Assembly: GCA_017466125.1 (NCBI GenBank)
Contig: JAFTUS010000117.1
Coordinates: 6,324-70,323, forward strand
Reading direction: 5' to 3'
Length of the DNA stretch: 64,000 nt
Source of the DNA: Lentisphaeria bacterium
Lineage (GTDB): Bacteria > Verrucomicrobiota > Lentisphaeria > Victivallales > Victivallaceae
Each line of letters starts with the position of its first letter. Position 1 is the first letter of the stretch. The notes beneath the pieces were generated by a model that saw only the letters and a list, made by a program, of their open reading frames with translations, was not told the origin of the DNA and made no database searches. This document shows, piece after piece, positions 29,610-38,298 of this stretch. Both the position numbers and the translations under genes were made by a program.

Positions 29610-32600
29610 ATGTACTGTCACCATTGCCAATGGGAATTTTCCGTACCGGAAACCAGCGTCGGCACGGTTGTGGAGTGTCCGCACTGCGCCGCCCGTATCA
29701 CGGTGGAAAACCGGACAATGGTGCTGCCCTGCCCCGAATGTAAAACCTCCCTGCGGGTGGATCTCTGGATGATCGGTGAACAGGCGGAATGTCCCTCGTG
29801 TCACAAAGAGATCAAACTGCACTGTGTTTCCACTCCGCCGGAAACGCAAATCGGCTTCCGCGAAGAGTATCACAAGCCGATCCCCGGAGCTTCCTGTGCC
29901 AAAGGCGAAGTCCTCGGCAAATATCAGATCTGCCGTTGTCTCGGCATCGGCGGCATGGGCGAAGTCTATCTGGCACGCCACACGGTCATGGAGACGTTCT
30001 GCGCCTTGAAACTGCTCAAGCCGGAAGTCGCCGCCCGCAACCGGGTCCTGCCGGAACGACTGATCCGTGAAGCGAAAATAGCCGCACAACTCCAGCACCC
30101 GAATATCATTACCGTATTCGATGCCTGTATCGACCGCGAAAACAACCGTTCCTATATCGTTATGGAATATGTGGACGGAATGACCGTGGAGGATATGCTC
30201 AAAAAAGGTCCGATACCGGAAGAACAGGTTCTCGAAATCGCCAAAAACGTTACCTCCGCTCTGGTCGCCGCCAGCCGCATCGGCATTGTCCACCGTGACA
30301 TCAAACCCGCCAATATCATGATCACCAAACAGGGCATGATAAAACTCGCCGACCTCGGGATTGCCAAAGGCGATGCCGACATCGCGGGCGTGACACTGAC
30401 ACAGGACAATGCCGTTCTGGGTACTCCGAACTACGCTTCCCCCGAACAACTGCGTTCCAGTCACAACGTGGATGCCCGCGCCGATGTGTACAGTCTCGGC
30501 GCAACCATGTACCACATGCTTACCGGCACGATGCCGTTTGCCGGAGATACCGTTTTCAACGTCATGGCAAAGGTTCTGGAAGAGACGCTCCCGCCGTTGG
30601 AAAAATGCGGCAGAAACATCTCGCCCATGACCCGTGATCTGGTGGAACGGATGCTCGCCAAAGACCCCAAAGACCGCCCGCCGAATGCCGTGGAACTGCT
30701 CCGGGAACTCCGTTCGATCGACCCGCAAAACATAACCGTTTCCGGAAAAGTAAAGAAATTGCAGAAGAAAAGAAAAAAACAGAGAGAGGAGAAACAGCAG
30801 AACGGCAGTTTGCAGAAGAATGTTTCATCTTTTCTCCGCGCTGTCGCCGTCCTGCCGGCATTGGCTCTGTTGTTTCTGGCAGTAAAAATCTCATACAATT
30901 TCTATCAGGATCAGGAGGCGGAAAAAGCAAAAAACCTCACCTTTGCCCGCGGTGTCATCTTTGACATCGTGGACAAGAATAATTTTGAAAATCTGGTGGC
31001 ATTTGCCAACAAATACCGTGGTCCTTCCCGCCGCAAAGCGTATCATTATCTGGCAAGAGAGGCGATCCGTCAGCAGAATATCCCTCTGCTGGAACAAATG
31101 CTGAAACAGAAACTCGTTCCGCCGGTGAGCCAACTTGCGGAGATTGATTTTACTGCCGTCATAGCCGCTGTGGGAAATCCGGATATTCTGCAGCTGTTCC
31201 TCGAAAACGGCATGCCGGTATCCTATCGTGACAACAGCGGAAGAACTCCGTTGATGAAAACTGCCGCAAACCACGAAATGGTGAAACTTCTGCTGGAAAA
31301 AGCAAAAGACGATGTCAACGCAAAAGACATTTCCGGAAAAACAGCCCTCTTTTACGCCCTGCCGAACCCCGATTCGCTGAAATATCTGCTCGATGCCGGT
31401 GCGGATATCAATATGCGCGATCAGGAGGGTGGAACGATCCTGTTCAACCATTTCCTGCTTCCCCAACCTCCGGAACATCTGAAGTTCCTCGTAAATTCCG
31501 GGTTGGATCTGGAAGCGAAAAACAAACAAAATCAGACCGTCCTTGAGTACGCCTGTCAATTTTATCGTATCGCATGGGCAAAAGCATTGATCGAAGCCGG
31601 AGCAAAAGTTACGCCAAAATGCAAAGAGCTCATCGAGCGGAACCGTAATTTTCCCGCATGGAAAGAAATTGCAGCACTCGTTGACGGCAAATCATCGCAG
31701 AAAAACAGCACGCCTTCACGCACGGCATCGTCCGCCGTCCCGTTCAAGGAAAATGCTGAATTTGAGCAGTTGAGCAAACTCAATCAGGAACCGGAAAAGA
31801 AAGCCCCGCCCCCCCTTCCGCAGACATCGCAAATCCGCTCCCGCTCTCTGGATGAGCGTCTGCAATATGCACTGGAACAATATAAATCCATTCCCGAACT
31901 GCAGCAGCAGGCAGCCAAAATCAAAAATCGCAAAAACAGAGAGAAACGTATCGCTTTTCTGAAGAAACGGCAGAATTTCCTGGATCGGCAAATTCAGCAG
32001 CTTCAGAGATTAACGAAAATACGTGACCAATGGGATAAAACCCCGAAACCCTCTTATGATCAAACTGCCGGCAGAGAGTTTCAGCGGCGTATCCTTGAAT
32101 ATACAACGAGAAAACGCCATTGGGGATATGACAGCAGAGATTATCGTGAAGCGAAAGATATAGCTGAATATTTCCAGAAACACAATATCGATCCGGATAT
32201 CGAAGTCACAGACGGCACTTATGCACGGTACAACGGGCCGCTTGTAAAACTTCTTGCATCAGGCCGTATCCCCGCAGTCGAACACTTCATTCCGACATGG
32301 CAGAAACGTCACCCGAAACTGGACAGTTCAATATTATTCACTTATTCGATTAATTCCGTGCTGACGATGCTTTTGGATCAACCCTTTGATAATATTGATT
32401 CTATCACCAGAAGAGACGGCAGTGATACGCTTTTACTCCGGCAATTCAATTTTCCGACAGTAAATGTTCAGACTGTCAATAAACTTCTGCTTTCAGGTGC
32501 AAATCCGGATTTAAGCAGTCCGTATGGCTATAATCCTCTGACTCTGGCAATACACAGAAAACCGGAGTTGGTTCAGGAACTGCTCGCAGCGGGGGCAGAC

Positions 32601-33446
32601 CCCAATATCGTTGACCGTTTTGGGCGCACCCCGGCCGCCTATGCGGTCATAACAGGAAATTTCTCTGTGATCCAGCCCCTTCTTGCGGCGGGAGCAGATG
32701 CCGATATTAAGGATAAAAGAGGTTTGAAGCCTCTGGATTATAAAAATCAGGGGTTGTTTTCCATTGCTCTGCAAAAAGGTCAACACTCCAAGGTTCAGGA
32801 ACTTATCTCCAAAGATAATGTCAGCGTGAATATGCCGATGAAGGACGGCTTGACGCCGTTGCAATACGCATGCCGCGAAAACAATTTTCAAATGGTCCGT
32901 ATTCTGCTGGAAGCAAAAGCCGATGTCAATTACAGTGAAGCGATCGGGAGTTTCAGAAAGGATTCCCCCCTTCAGATCGCATTCGGCAAATTACCCAAAA
33001 GTTTATCGGTCTTTCAAACGCTGATCCATCATGGAGCAAATACCGCAGTACCGCCGTCCGGCTATGGCGGCTGTACCTTGTTGAGCCAAATGCTCACACA
33101 ACATGGTTTCTATCTTCACAGAACCGCCAAAATGACCGAACCGCTCCGCCAGCATATCATAAGATTGCTGCTGTCGCGCTTCTCTCAACTCACAAGCCGT
33201 CAGCAAACTCAGTGCTTCAATCATGCTTTGCATCCGGGAAGTGAAATGTTTTTGCCGCAGATGTGGCTGAACCGCTCCGGCTGGCAGGCAGATGCTTCTG
33301 CACTGGATACGGCAGTACGGAACAAATGCTCCGCAAATACGATAAGATGGCTGTTGAGCATCGGTCTGAAGCCGACGCAGACAACCGTAAATCAGGCTTC
33401 TTCTGATGAAATCAGAAACATGTTGAAAAACCGTTTACCGAGGTGA
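29610..33446 (+). CDS. Hanks-type Ser/Thr kinase with N-terminal zinc ribbons, one TM segment and C-terminal ankyrin repeats
   Basis: Four CxxC; GIGGMGEVY, ALK, HRDIKPAN, DLG, SPEQ; TM AVAVLPALALLFLAV; GRTPLM, GKTALF, GLTPLQ and GADPN repeats. Confidence 0.9.
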   Translation: MYCHHCQWEFSVPETSVGTVVECPHCAARITVENRTMVLPCPECKTSLRVDLWMIGEQAECPSCHKEIKLHCVSTPPETQIGFREEYHKPIPGASCAKGEVLGKYQICRCLGIGGMGEVYLARHTVMETFCALKLLKPEVAARNRVLPERLIREAKIAAQLQHPNIITVFDACIDRENNRSYIVMEYVDGMTVEDMLKKGPIPEEQVLEIAKNVTSALVAASRIGIVHRDIKPANIMITKQGMIKLADLGIAKGDADIAGVTLTQDNAVLGTPNYASPEQLRSSHNVDARADVYSLGATMYHMLTGTMPFAGDTVFNVMAKVLEETLPPLEKCGRNISPMTRDLVERMLAKDPKDRPPNAVELLRELRSIDPQNITVSGKVKKLQKKRKKQREEKQQNGSLQKNVSSFLRAVAVLPALALLFLAVKISYNFYQDQEAEKAKNLTFARGVIFDIVDKNNFENLVAFANKYRGPSRRKAYHYLAREAIRQQNIPLLEQMLKQKLVPPVSQLAEIDFTAVIAAVGNPDILQLFLENGMPVSYRDNSGRTPLMKTAANHEMVKLLLEKAKDDVNAKDISGKTALFYALPNPDSLKYLLDAGADINMRDQEGGTILFNHFLLPQPPEHLKFLVNSGLDLEAKNKQNQTVLEYACQFYRIAWAKALIEAGAKVTPKCKELIERNRNFPAWKEIAALVDGKSSQKNSTPSRTASSAVPFKENAEFEQLSKLNQEPEKKAPPPLPQTSQIRSRSLDERLQYALEQYKSIPELQQQAAKIKNRKNREKRIAFLKKRQNFLDRQIQQLQRLTKIRDQWDKTPKPSYDQTAGREFQRRILEYTTRKRHWGYDSRDYREAKDIAEYFQKHNIDPDIEVTDGTYARYNGPLVKLLASGRIPAVEHFIPTWQKRHPKLDSSILFTYSINSVLTMLLDQPFDNIDSITRRDGSDTLLLRQFNFPTVNVQTVNKLLLSGANPDLSSPYGYNPLTLAIHRKPELVQELLAAGADPNIVDRFGRTPAAYAVITGNFSVIQPLLAAGADADIKDKRGLKPLDYKNQGLFSIALQKGQHSKVQELISKDNVSVNMPMKDGLTPLQYACRENNFQMVRILLEAKADVNYSEAIGSFRKDSPLQIAFGKLPKSLSVFQTLIHHGANTAVPPSGYGGCTLLSQMLTQHGFYLHRTAKMTEPLRQHIIRLLLSRFSQLTSRQQTQCFNHALHPGSEMFLPQMWLNRSGWQADASALDTAVRNKCSANTIRWLLSIGLKPTQTTVNQASSDEIRNMLKNRLPR

Positions 33447-33451
33447 CGCTT

Positions 33452-34450
33452 ATGGATGATGACAAGACGATCGTTTTTTCGCCGGGGGATATGCCGTCCG
33501 GAAAACTTTGCACCAGTTGCGGCGTAGTCGCAAAAGATTTGCCGGACGGGGCGGCATTCTGCCCGAACTGCGGTGCGCCTTTTGCAAAATTCCGGGAATT
33601 CGGTCCCGGAATGATCATCGGTCAATACCGCATTTTGAAAGAACTCGGAGCCGGCGGCATCGGACAGGTCTTTCTGGCACACCCGGTGGATAATCCGGGG
33701 ATGCGGGTCGCCCTGAAGGTTTTGCAGAAAGAGTTTCTGGACAACCGCACCGTGCGGGAACGGTTCAACCGTGAGATCCGTCTGCTGGCATCGCTGAATT
33801 TGGATTATATCGTCAAATACTACAACTCCTGGAACGATGAAAACGGCGAATATCTGGCGATGGAATACATCGACGGGCTGAATTTGGCACAAATGGTGGA
33901 ACAGGATTATGAGTTCACCCCCGATGTGACCCTTGAGATCATGGAAACTCTGGCAATGGTTTTCCGTTATGCCTACGACCGTCTGGAACTGCTCCACCGT
34001 GACATCAAACCATCCAACATCATGATTTCAAGCAGCGGCGAACTGAAAATTCTCGACTTCGGTCTGGCAAAATCCCTCAAAGAGGATAATATGCTCACGT
34101 TGAACGGCAGGGTCATGGGTTCCCCCGGATTTATGAGTCCGGAACAGTTCCGCAACGCCAAAGATGTGGACGTTACCTCCGACATCTTCTCGCTGGGGGC
34201 AACAGCATATTTCCTGTTGACCAAGAAAAATCCCTACGACGGCGACAATGAACTGGAACTGTATCAGAATATGATCTCCACCACCCCCGAATCCATCCGC
34301 AAACAAAATCCGGAGGTGTCGGAGCATCTGGAAACTCTTATTATGAGTATGCTTTCCAAAGATACCAAAGACCGCCCATTCTCCTGGAACAAACTGCAAG
34401 TGGATATCGACCGGGTCAAGAACGGCCGTCCGCCCGTGCCGAACAACTGA
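33452..34450 (+). CDS. Soluble Ser/Thr kinase with N-terminal zinc ribbon (alternative GTG start at 33443)
   Basis: CTSC..FCPNCG; GAGGIG, HRDIKPSN, DFG, SPEQ. Confidence 0.9.
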   Translation: MDDDKTIVFSPGDMPSGKLCTSCGVVAKDLPDGAAFCPNCGAPFAKFREFGPGMIIGQYRILKELGAGGIGQVFLAHPVDNPGMRVALKVLQKEFLDNRTVRERFNREIRLLASLNLDYIVKYYNSWNDENGEYLAMEYIDGLNLAQMVEQDYEFTPDVTLEIMETLAMVFRYAYDRLELLHRDIKPSNIMISSSGELKILDFGLAKSLKEDNMLTLNGRVMGSPGFMSPEQFRNAKDVDVTSDIFSLGATAYFLLTKKNPYDGDNELELYQNMISTTPESIRKQNPEVSEHLETLIMSMLSKDTKDRPFSWNKLQVDIDRVKNGRPPVPNN

Positions 34451-34459
34451 CCGTCTGTT

Positions 34460-34537
34460 TCAGCGATTTTTGGTAAAAAGGACCGCATACGCCACAATGC
34501 CCATAAACATCTTGAGTATAAATTTCATAAGTACCAT
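34460..34537 (-). CDS. Putative 25-aa hydrophobic small protein MVLMKFILKMFMGIVAYAVLFTKNR
   Basis: Below the ORF-track cutoff; SD AAGGAG 7 nt before ATG; TATACT -10 at 34582-34577. Confidence 0.5.
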   Translation of the reverse strand: MVLMKFILKMFMGIVAYAVLFTKNR

Positions 34538-34555
34538 TTTTATTCTCCTTTGCGC

Positions 34556-34609
34556 TTGATTTTTGTGTCTGCATATAGTATATTACAACCAAGTGGACAT
34601 CTATCGTCC
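34556..34609. promoter_or_regulatory. Overlapping divergent promoters with palindrome GGAC-N7-GTCC
   Basis: Plus strand TTGATT-N17-TATATT (34556-34584); minus strand TATACT; palindrome at 34595-34609. Confidence 0.55.
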
Positions 34610-34661
34610 CTGCAAACAGAAAAAAGCAAAAAAATGAAATTTTTATAAAAAAAGAGGTATT

Positions 34662-35636
34662 ATGCCTGTATGTAAATCTCAAGTGCGCCGCCTGATGCGG
34701 ATCGCCGCATTGCTCAAAGAAAACCGCTACCCGAACGCCGTAACGCTGATGGAAGAATTCCGTCGGATCGAACTGGTGGAAAAAATTCCGATCGAATGTT
34801 GTAAAAAAACCATTTTGCGGGATTTACAGGTATTGAAAAAAGAGTACAACTGTCCGCTGGCATTTGACCGGGGGCAGAATGGATATTATCTGAAACACCA
34901 CGGCTGGGATTTCATTGCCCCCGCACTGCTGGACGAAAATGAGATGATCGCCTCCGTTATCGGGGCAAGAGTCGCAGAAGACATCTTTCCCGAACCGCAG
35001 AAAAGCAGAGTCCGCAAAGCGGTCGATGTTCTGCTCAACGGCAACAATCCGGATTTTCTCGATACCGCCAATGTGAAAAGTCTGAGTATTCTCTCCGGGC
35101 TGTATGCGGCAATCGACCCGGTAATTTTCATGACACTTTTTCAGGCATGGCAGACCCGCCATTGCGTAAAAATCGCCTACGCCGATTACAAGGGGGAAAT
35201 TTCAGAACGTATCATCGAACCGCAGACACTGGTATTTTTCAACAACAGCTGGTACACCAAGGCGTTCTGCTGCAAACGCAGCAAGCCGCGCACTTTCGCG
35301 CTGCTGCGCATCCGGAAAGCAGAGATGCTTTCCACACATTTTGAACCGGACCCGGCGATCATCAACTCCATCACTCCGGATGATTTTCTCGGTTTTGAAA
35401 AAATCCGGAAAATCAAACTTCAGGCTTCGCTGCACGCCCTCGCCCGTTTGGAGGCGGCTCCGCTGCACAGCAAACAGAAAATCAAAAAGGACGGCATCGT
35501 GGAGATCCCTGCCGTTGCCAGAGAGGTACTGTTCCCCTTCCTGCTCTCACAGCAGGGCGATGCAGTTCTGCTCGAACCCGCTGAACTGCGGGAGGAGTTC
35601 AAACAGACATTGCAGAATATGCTCGCCGCATACTGA
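34662..35636 (+). CDS. HTH-WYL-WCX transcriptional regulator
   Basis: KTILRDL..L wHTH and GYYL; RIIEP..L...WYT...RTF...RI; LEPAELR. Confidence 0.92.
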   Translation: MPVCKSQVRRLMRIAALLKENRYPNAVTLMEEFRRIELVEKIPIECCKKTILRDLQVLKKEYNCPLAFDRGQNGYYLKHHGWDFIAPALLDENEMIASVIGARVAEDIFPEPQKSRVRKAVDVLLNGNNPDFLDTANVKSLSILSGLYAAIDPVIFMTLFQAWQTRHCVKIAYADYKGEISERIIEPQTLVFFNNSWYTKAFCCKRSKPRTFALLRIRKAEMLSTHFEPDPAIINSITPDDFLGFEKIRKIKLQASLHALARLEAAPLHSKQKIKKDGIVEIPAVAREVLFPFLLSQQGDAVLLEPAELREEFKQTLQNMLAAY

Positions 35637-35665
35637 CGCTTCAGAACCCCGCCGCGTTCTGTTCT

Positions 35666-37084
35666 TCAATCTTCCAGTTCACCGTCGGCGGACAGGGCGC
35701 GGCCCGCTTCGTTGATGCGGATACATTCAGGATCGGGTTCATCAAGTTTATTGCTCCAGAGATACTTTTCCGTCTCTTTGACAATGACTCCGCTTAAAAC
35801 GGCAAGGCAGATCAGGTTCGGAATTGCCATAAGTCCGTTGGCGATATCCGAAATGTTCCAAACCACATCCAGCTTGATGACCGCCCCGAAGAACACCAGA
35901 AATACAAAGACGACCCGGAAAATCTGGAAAGACCACTTTCCGCCGAGATAATGGATCGCCTGTCTGCCGTAGCAGAACCAGCCCAGAATAGTCGTGTATG
36001 CAAAAATCACCAGCGCGATCCCGAGGAAAATATGTCCCGCCGGAAGTTGGGCAAACGCCATTTTGGGCAATTCAACCGCACTGTATTTTGAGAAATCCGC
36101 ATTGGGATCGACTTTCAAAACGGAGGATATCACCGTGACACCGGTCAGAGCGCAGATGCAGACCGTATCCCAGAATGTTCCGGTCGAAGAGATCAACGCC
36201 TGACGCACAGGGTTGATGGTCTTGGCACTGGCGGCGATCAGCGGTGCAGAACCGAGGCCGGACTCGTTGGAGAAAAGTCCGCGGGCAATACCGTAACGCA
36301 TGGCAAGCATGATCATACTGCCGAAGAAACCGCCGGAGACGGCTTCCGTGCTGAAAGCACTCTTCAAGATCAGTTTCAATGCGGGCAGAACGAACGTCCC
36401 GTTCATACACAGAATGACGATACAGCACCCCACATAGAGGATCGCCATAAAGGGAACCAGTGTGCCGCAGACTTTGGAAACGACTTTCACGCCGCCGACA
36501 ACGACCGCAATGATCAACAGCGTTTCCAGGCCGCCGGAGAGCCAATTCGGCACATTAAAAACGTCCTGTGCAAAAGAGGCGACTGCGTTGCTCTGGGTCA
36601 TCGAGCCGATACCGGTACAGGCTCCCAATGTAAAAATCGCAAACAGGATCGCCAGAAATTTATTGTTCATGCCCCGTTCCATGGCGTACATGGGGCCGCC
36701 GCAGATCATACCGTCCTTTTCCACGAGCCGGTATTTGACCGCCAGCACCGCTTCGCCGTATTTGGTGGCAATACCGAAAATACCGCAGACCCAGCACCAG
36801 AAAACGGCTCCGGGCCCGCCCAGCACGACCGCCGTGGCAACCCCGATGATATTGCCGGTACCGATGGTCGCCGCCAGAGCGATCGCCAGCGCGCCGAACT
36901 GCGAAATATCCCCGGCGGCACTGCTGTCTTTCTGAATGCTCAACTTGATCCCCAGCGGAATGTACCGCTGAATGAATTTCAGCCGCACTGTCAGAAAAAC
37001 GTGTACCCCGACCAGCAGCAGAAGCAGCGGAGGTCCCCAGAGAAATGCGTCAAAGTCACTGATAAATTTTGCGATTGTGTTCAT
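35666..37084 (-). CDS. Sodium:alanine/glycine symporter (AgcS/AlsT)
   Basis: IGTGNIIGVA, GGPGAVFW, RGLFSNESGLGS, MAIPNL. Confidence 0.94.
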   Translation of the reverse strand: MNTIAKFISDFDAFLWGPPLLLLLVGVHVFLTVRLKFIQRYIPLGIKLSIQKDSSAAGDISQFGALAIALAATIGTGNIIGVATAVVLGGPGAVFWCWVCGIFGIATKYGEAVLAVKYRLVEKDGMICGGPMYAMERGMNNKFLAILFAIFTLGACTGIGSMTQSNAVASFAQDVFNVPNWLSGGLETLLIIAVVVGGVKVVSKVCGTLVPFMAILYVGCCIVILCMNGTFVLPALKLILKSAFSTEAVSGGFFGSMIMLAMRYGIARGLFSNESGLGSAPLIAASAKTINPVRQALISSTGTFWDTVCICALTGVTVISSVLKVDPNADFSKYSAVELPKMAFAQLPAGHIFLGIALVIFAYTTILGWFCYGRQAIHYLGGKWSFQIFRVVFVFLVFFGAVIKLDVVWNISDIANGLMAIPNLICLAVLSGVIVKETEKYLWSNKLDEPDPECIRINEAGRALSADGELED

Positions 37085-37416
37085 ACGAAAATCCTTTGTA
37101 TTAAAATCATGAAACACCCCGTTCCGCCGAGAATGGATACCAGCGGATTACGGAAACACAACTGTAAAATGACGGTAAGGGCAGAGGCGATCAGCACACT
37201 TCCCAAACGTCCGAAACCAACTTGAAGATAATCCAATTCACCATACAAACTGTATATGACCAGCATGGCGATCGCTCCGGCAGTAAGCACCTGCCCCAGA
37301 TAGTTGAGCAGAGCCGGAATACGTTTCTGTCTCCCGAAAACCAGCATGGGCAATGCCCGCAGCAGAATAACAGTAACAGCCATTACAGCGATCATGGCGA
37401 TCTGGTGAGAGTTCAT
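37081..37416 (-). CDS. azlD: AzlD family branched-chain amino acid transport protein
   Basis: RALP..F, hydrophobic, overlaps azlC. Confidence 0.85.
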   Translation of the reverse strand: MNSHQIAMIAVMAVTVILLRALPMLVFGRQKRIPALLNYLGQVLTAGAIAMLVIYSLYGELDYLQVGFGRLGSVLIASALTVILQLCFRNPLVSILGGTGCFMILIQRIFV

Positions 37417-38132
37417 GCCCGTTCCTCCACACTGATTTTCTTCCGGAGCAGAAGCAGTACTCCCACCATAAGGAGCATGGCGGGCAGAAGCATCTTATTG
37501 ATATGCGCCGGGAACATCTGCAGAAACACCACCAGCGTCAGAGCGGTAACTGTCGTTCCGACAACAGCGGGGATCCAGTTGACTTTTTTCCGGCACAGAT
37601 CCACTAAAATCACAATAAAGAGGGCTGCCATGGCAAAATCGATGCCTTCGGTGTTGAAGGTGATGAATTTCCCGGCGGCGGCTCCCAGCACCGAACCGGT
37701 GATCCAGTAGCAGTGATCGAAAAACGCCACACAGAAGAGGTAGAGTTGTTTTTCTTTTCCGGTGCGTTCATCCTGTGTCATAATGGCGTAGGTCTCATCG
37801 GTCAATGCGATGGTCAGATACCATTTGAGATACCACGGATAATTGGAGAAGAGACGGATAAAGGGAAAACCGTACATCACATAGCGGATATTGATAAGGA
37901 CGGCAAGCAGAAAGGTAAGCAGAAGCGAATACGCCGCCGGATTTTTCAACATGTCCACCGCGGCGAACTGCATACTGCCGGAAATGGTACTGGTACTCAT
38001 GCAAAAAGCGGTGAACGGCCCCGCCCCTTTCACGCTGGTACTGAGCAGTACCCCGAAAGCGGCTCCCATAGAGAGGTATCCCATTAAAACGGGCAGCGAA
38101 CTGACAAACGCCGCCCGGACTGTTTTCTTCAT
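37413..38132 (-). CDS. azlC: AzlC family permease
   Basis: GSMQF, NIRY, LTDETYA, GIDFAMAALF. Confidence 0.92.
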   Translation of the reverse strand: MKKTVRAAFVSSLPVLMGYLSMGAAFGVLLSTSVKGAGPFTAFCMSTSTISGSMQFAAVDMLKNPAAYSLLLTFLLAVLINIRYVMYGFPFIRLFSNYPWYLKWYLTIALTDETYAIMTQDERTGKEKQLYLFCVAFFDHCYWITGSVLGAAAGKFITFNTEGIDFAMAALFIVILVDLCRKKVNWIPAVVGTTVTALTLVVFLQMFPAHINKMLLPAMLLMVGVLLLLRKKISVEERA

Positions 38133-38164
38133 AAAAAAAATATTCCCGTGATTGACGAAATTAT

Positions 38165-38193
38165 AATATACTCCCGAAACAGGATTTTTTCAA
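38165..38193 (-). promoter_or_regulatory. Promoter of azlCD-agcS
   Basis: TTGAAA-N17-TATATT. Confidence 0.55.
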
Positions 38194-38298
38194 GCCATTT
38201 TCCCCCGGATCACAAAAAACTCATGCCCAAACCGCCCATGACGATTGTAAGTCTTGTATGTTATATCTTACAATTCACGTTTTTGAAAAAAAGGAGTT

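Noticed and set aside
28068-30728. 886-aa minus-strand ORF
   Set aside because: Antisense to gatB and the kinase gene.
34416-34682. 88-aa minus-strand ORF from the track
   Set aside because: It overlaps the WYL start and promoter; the SD fits the 25-aa ORF in another frame.
29610-35636. Known defence island (BREX, CBASS, RM) around the WYL gene
   Set aside because: No nuclease, methylase, ATPase or cyclase genes are adjacent.
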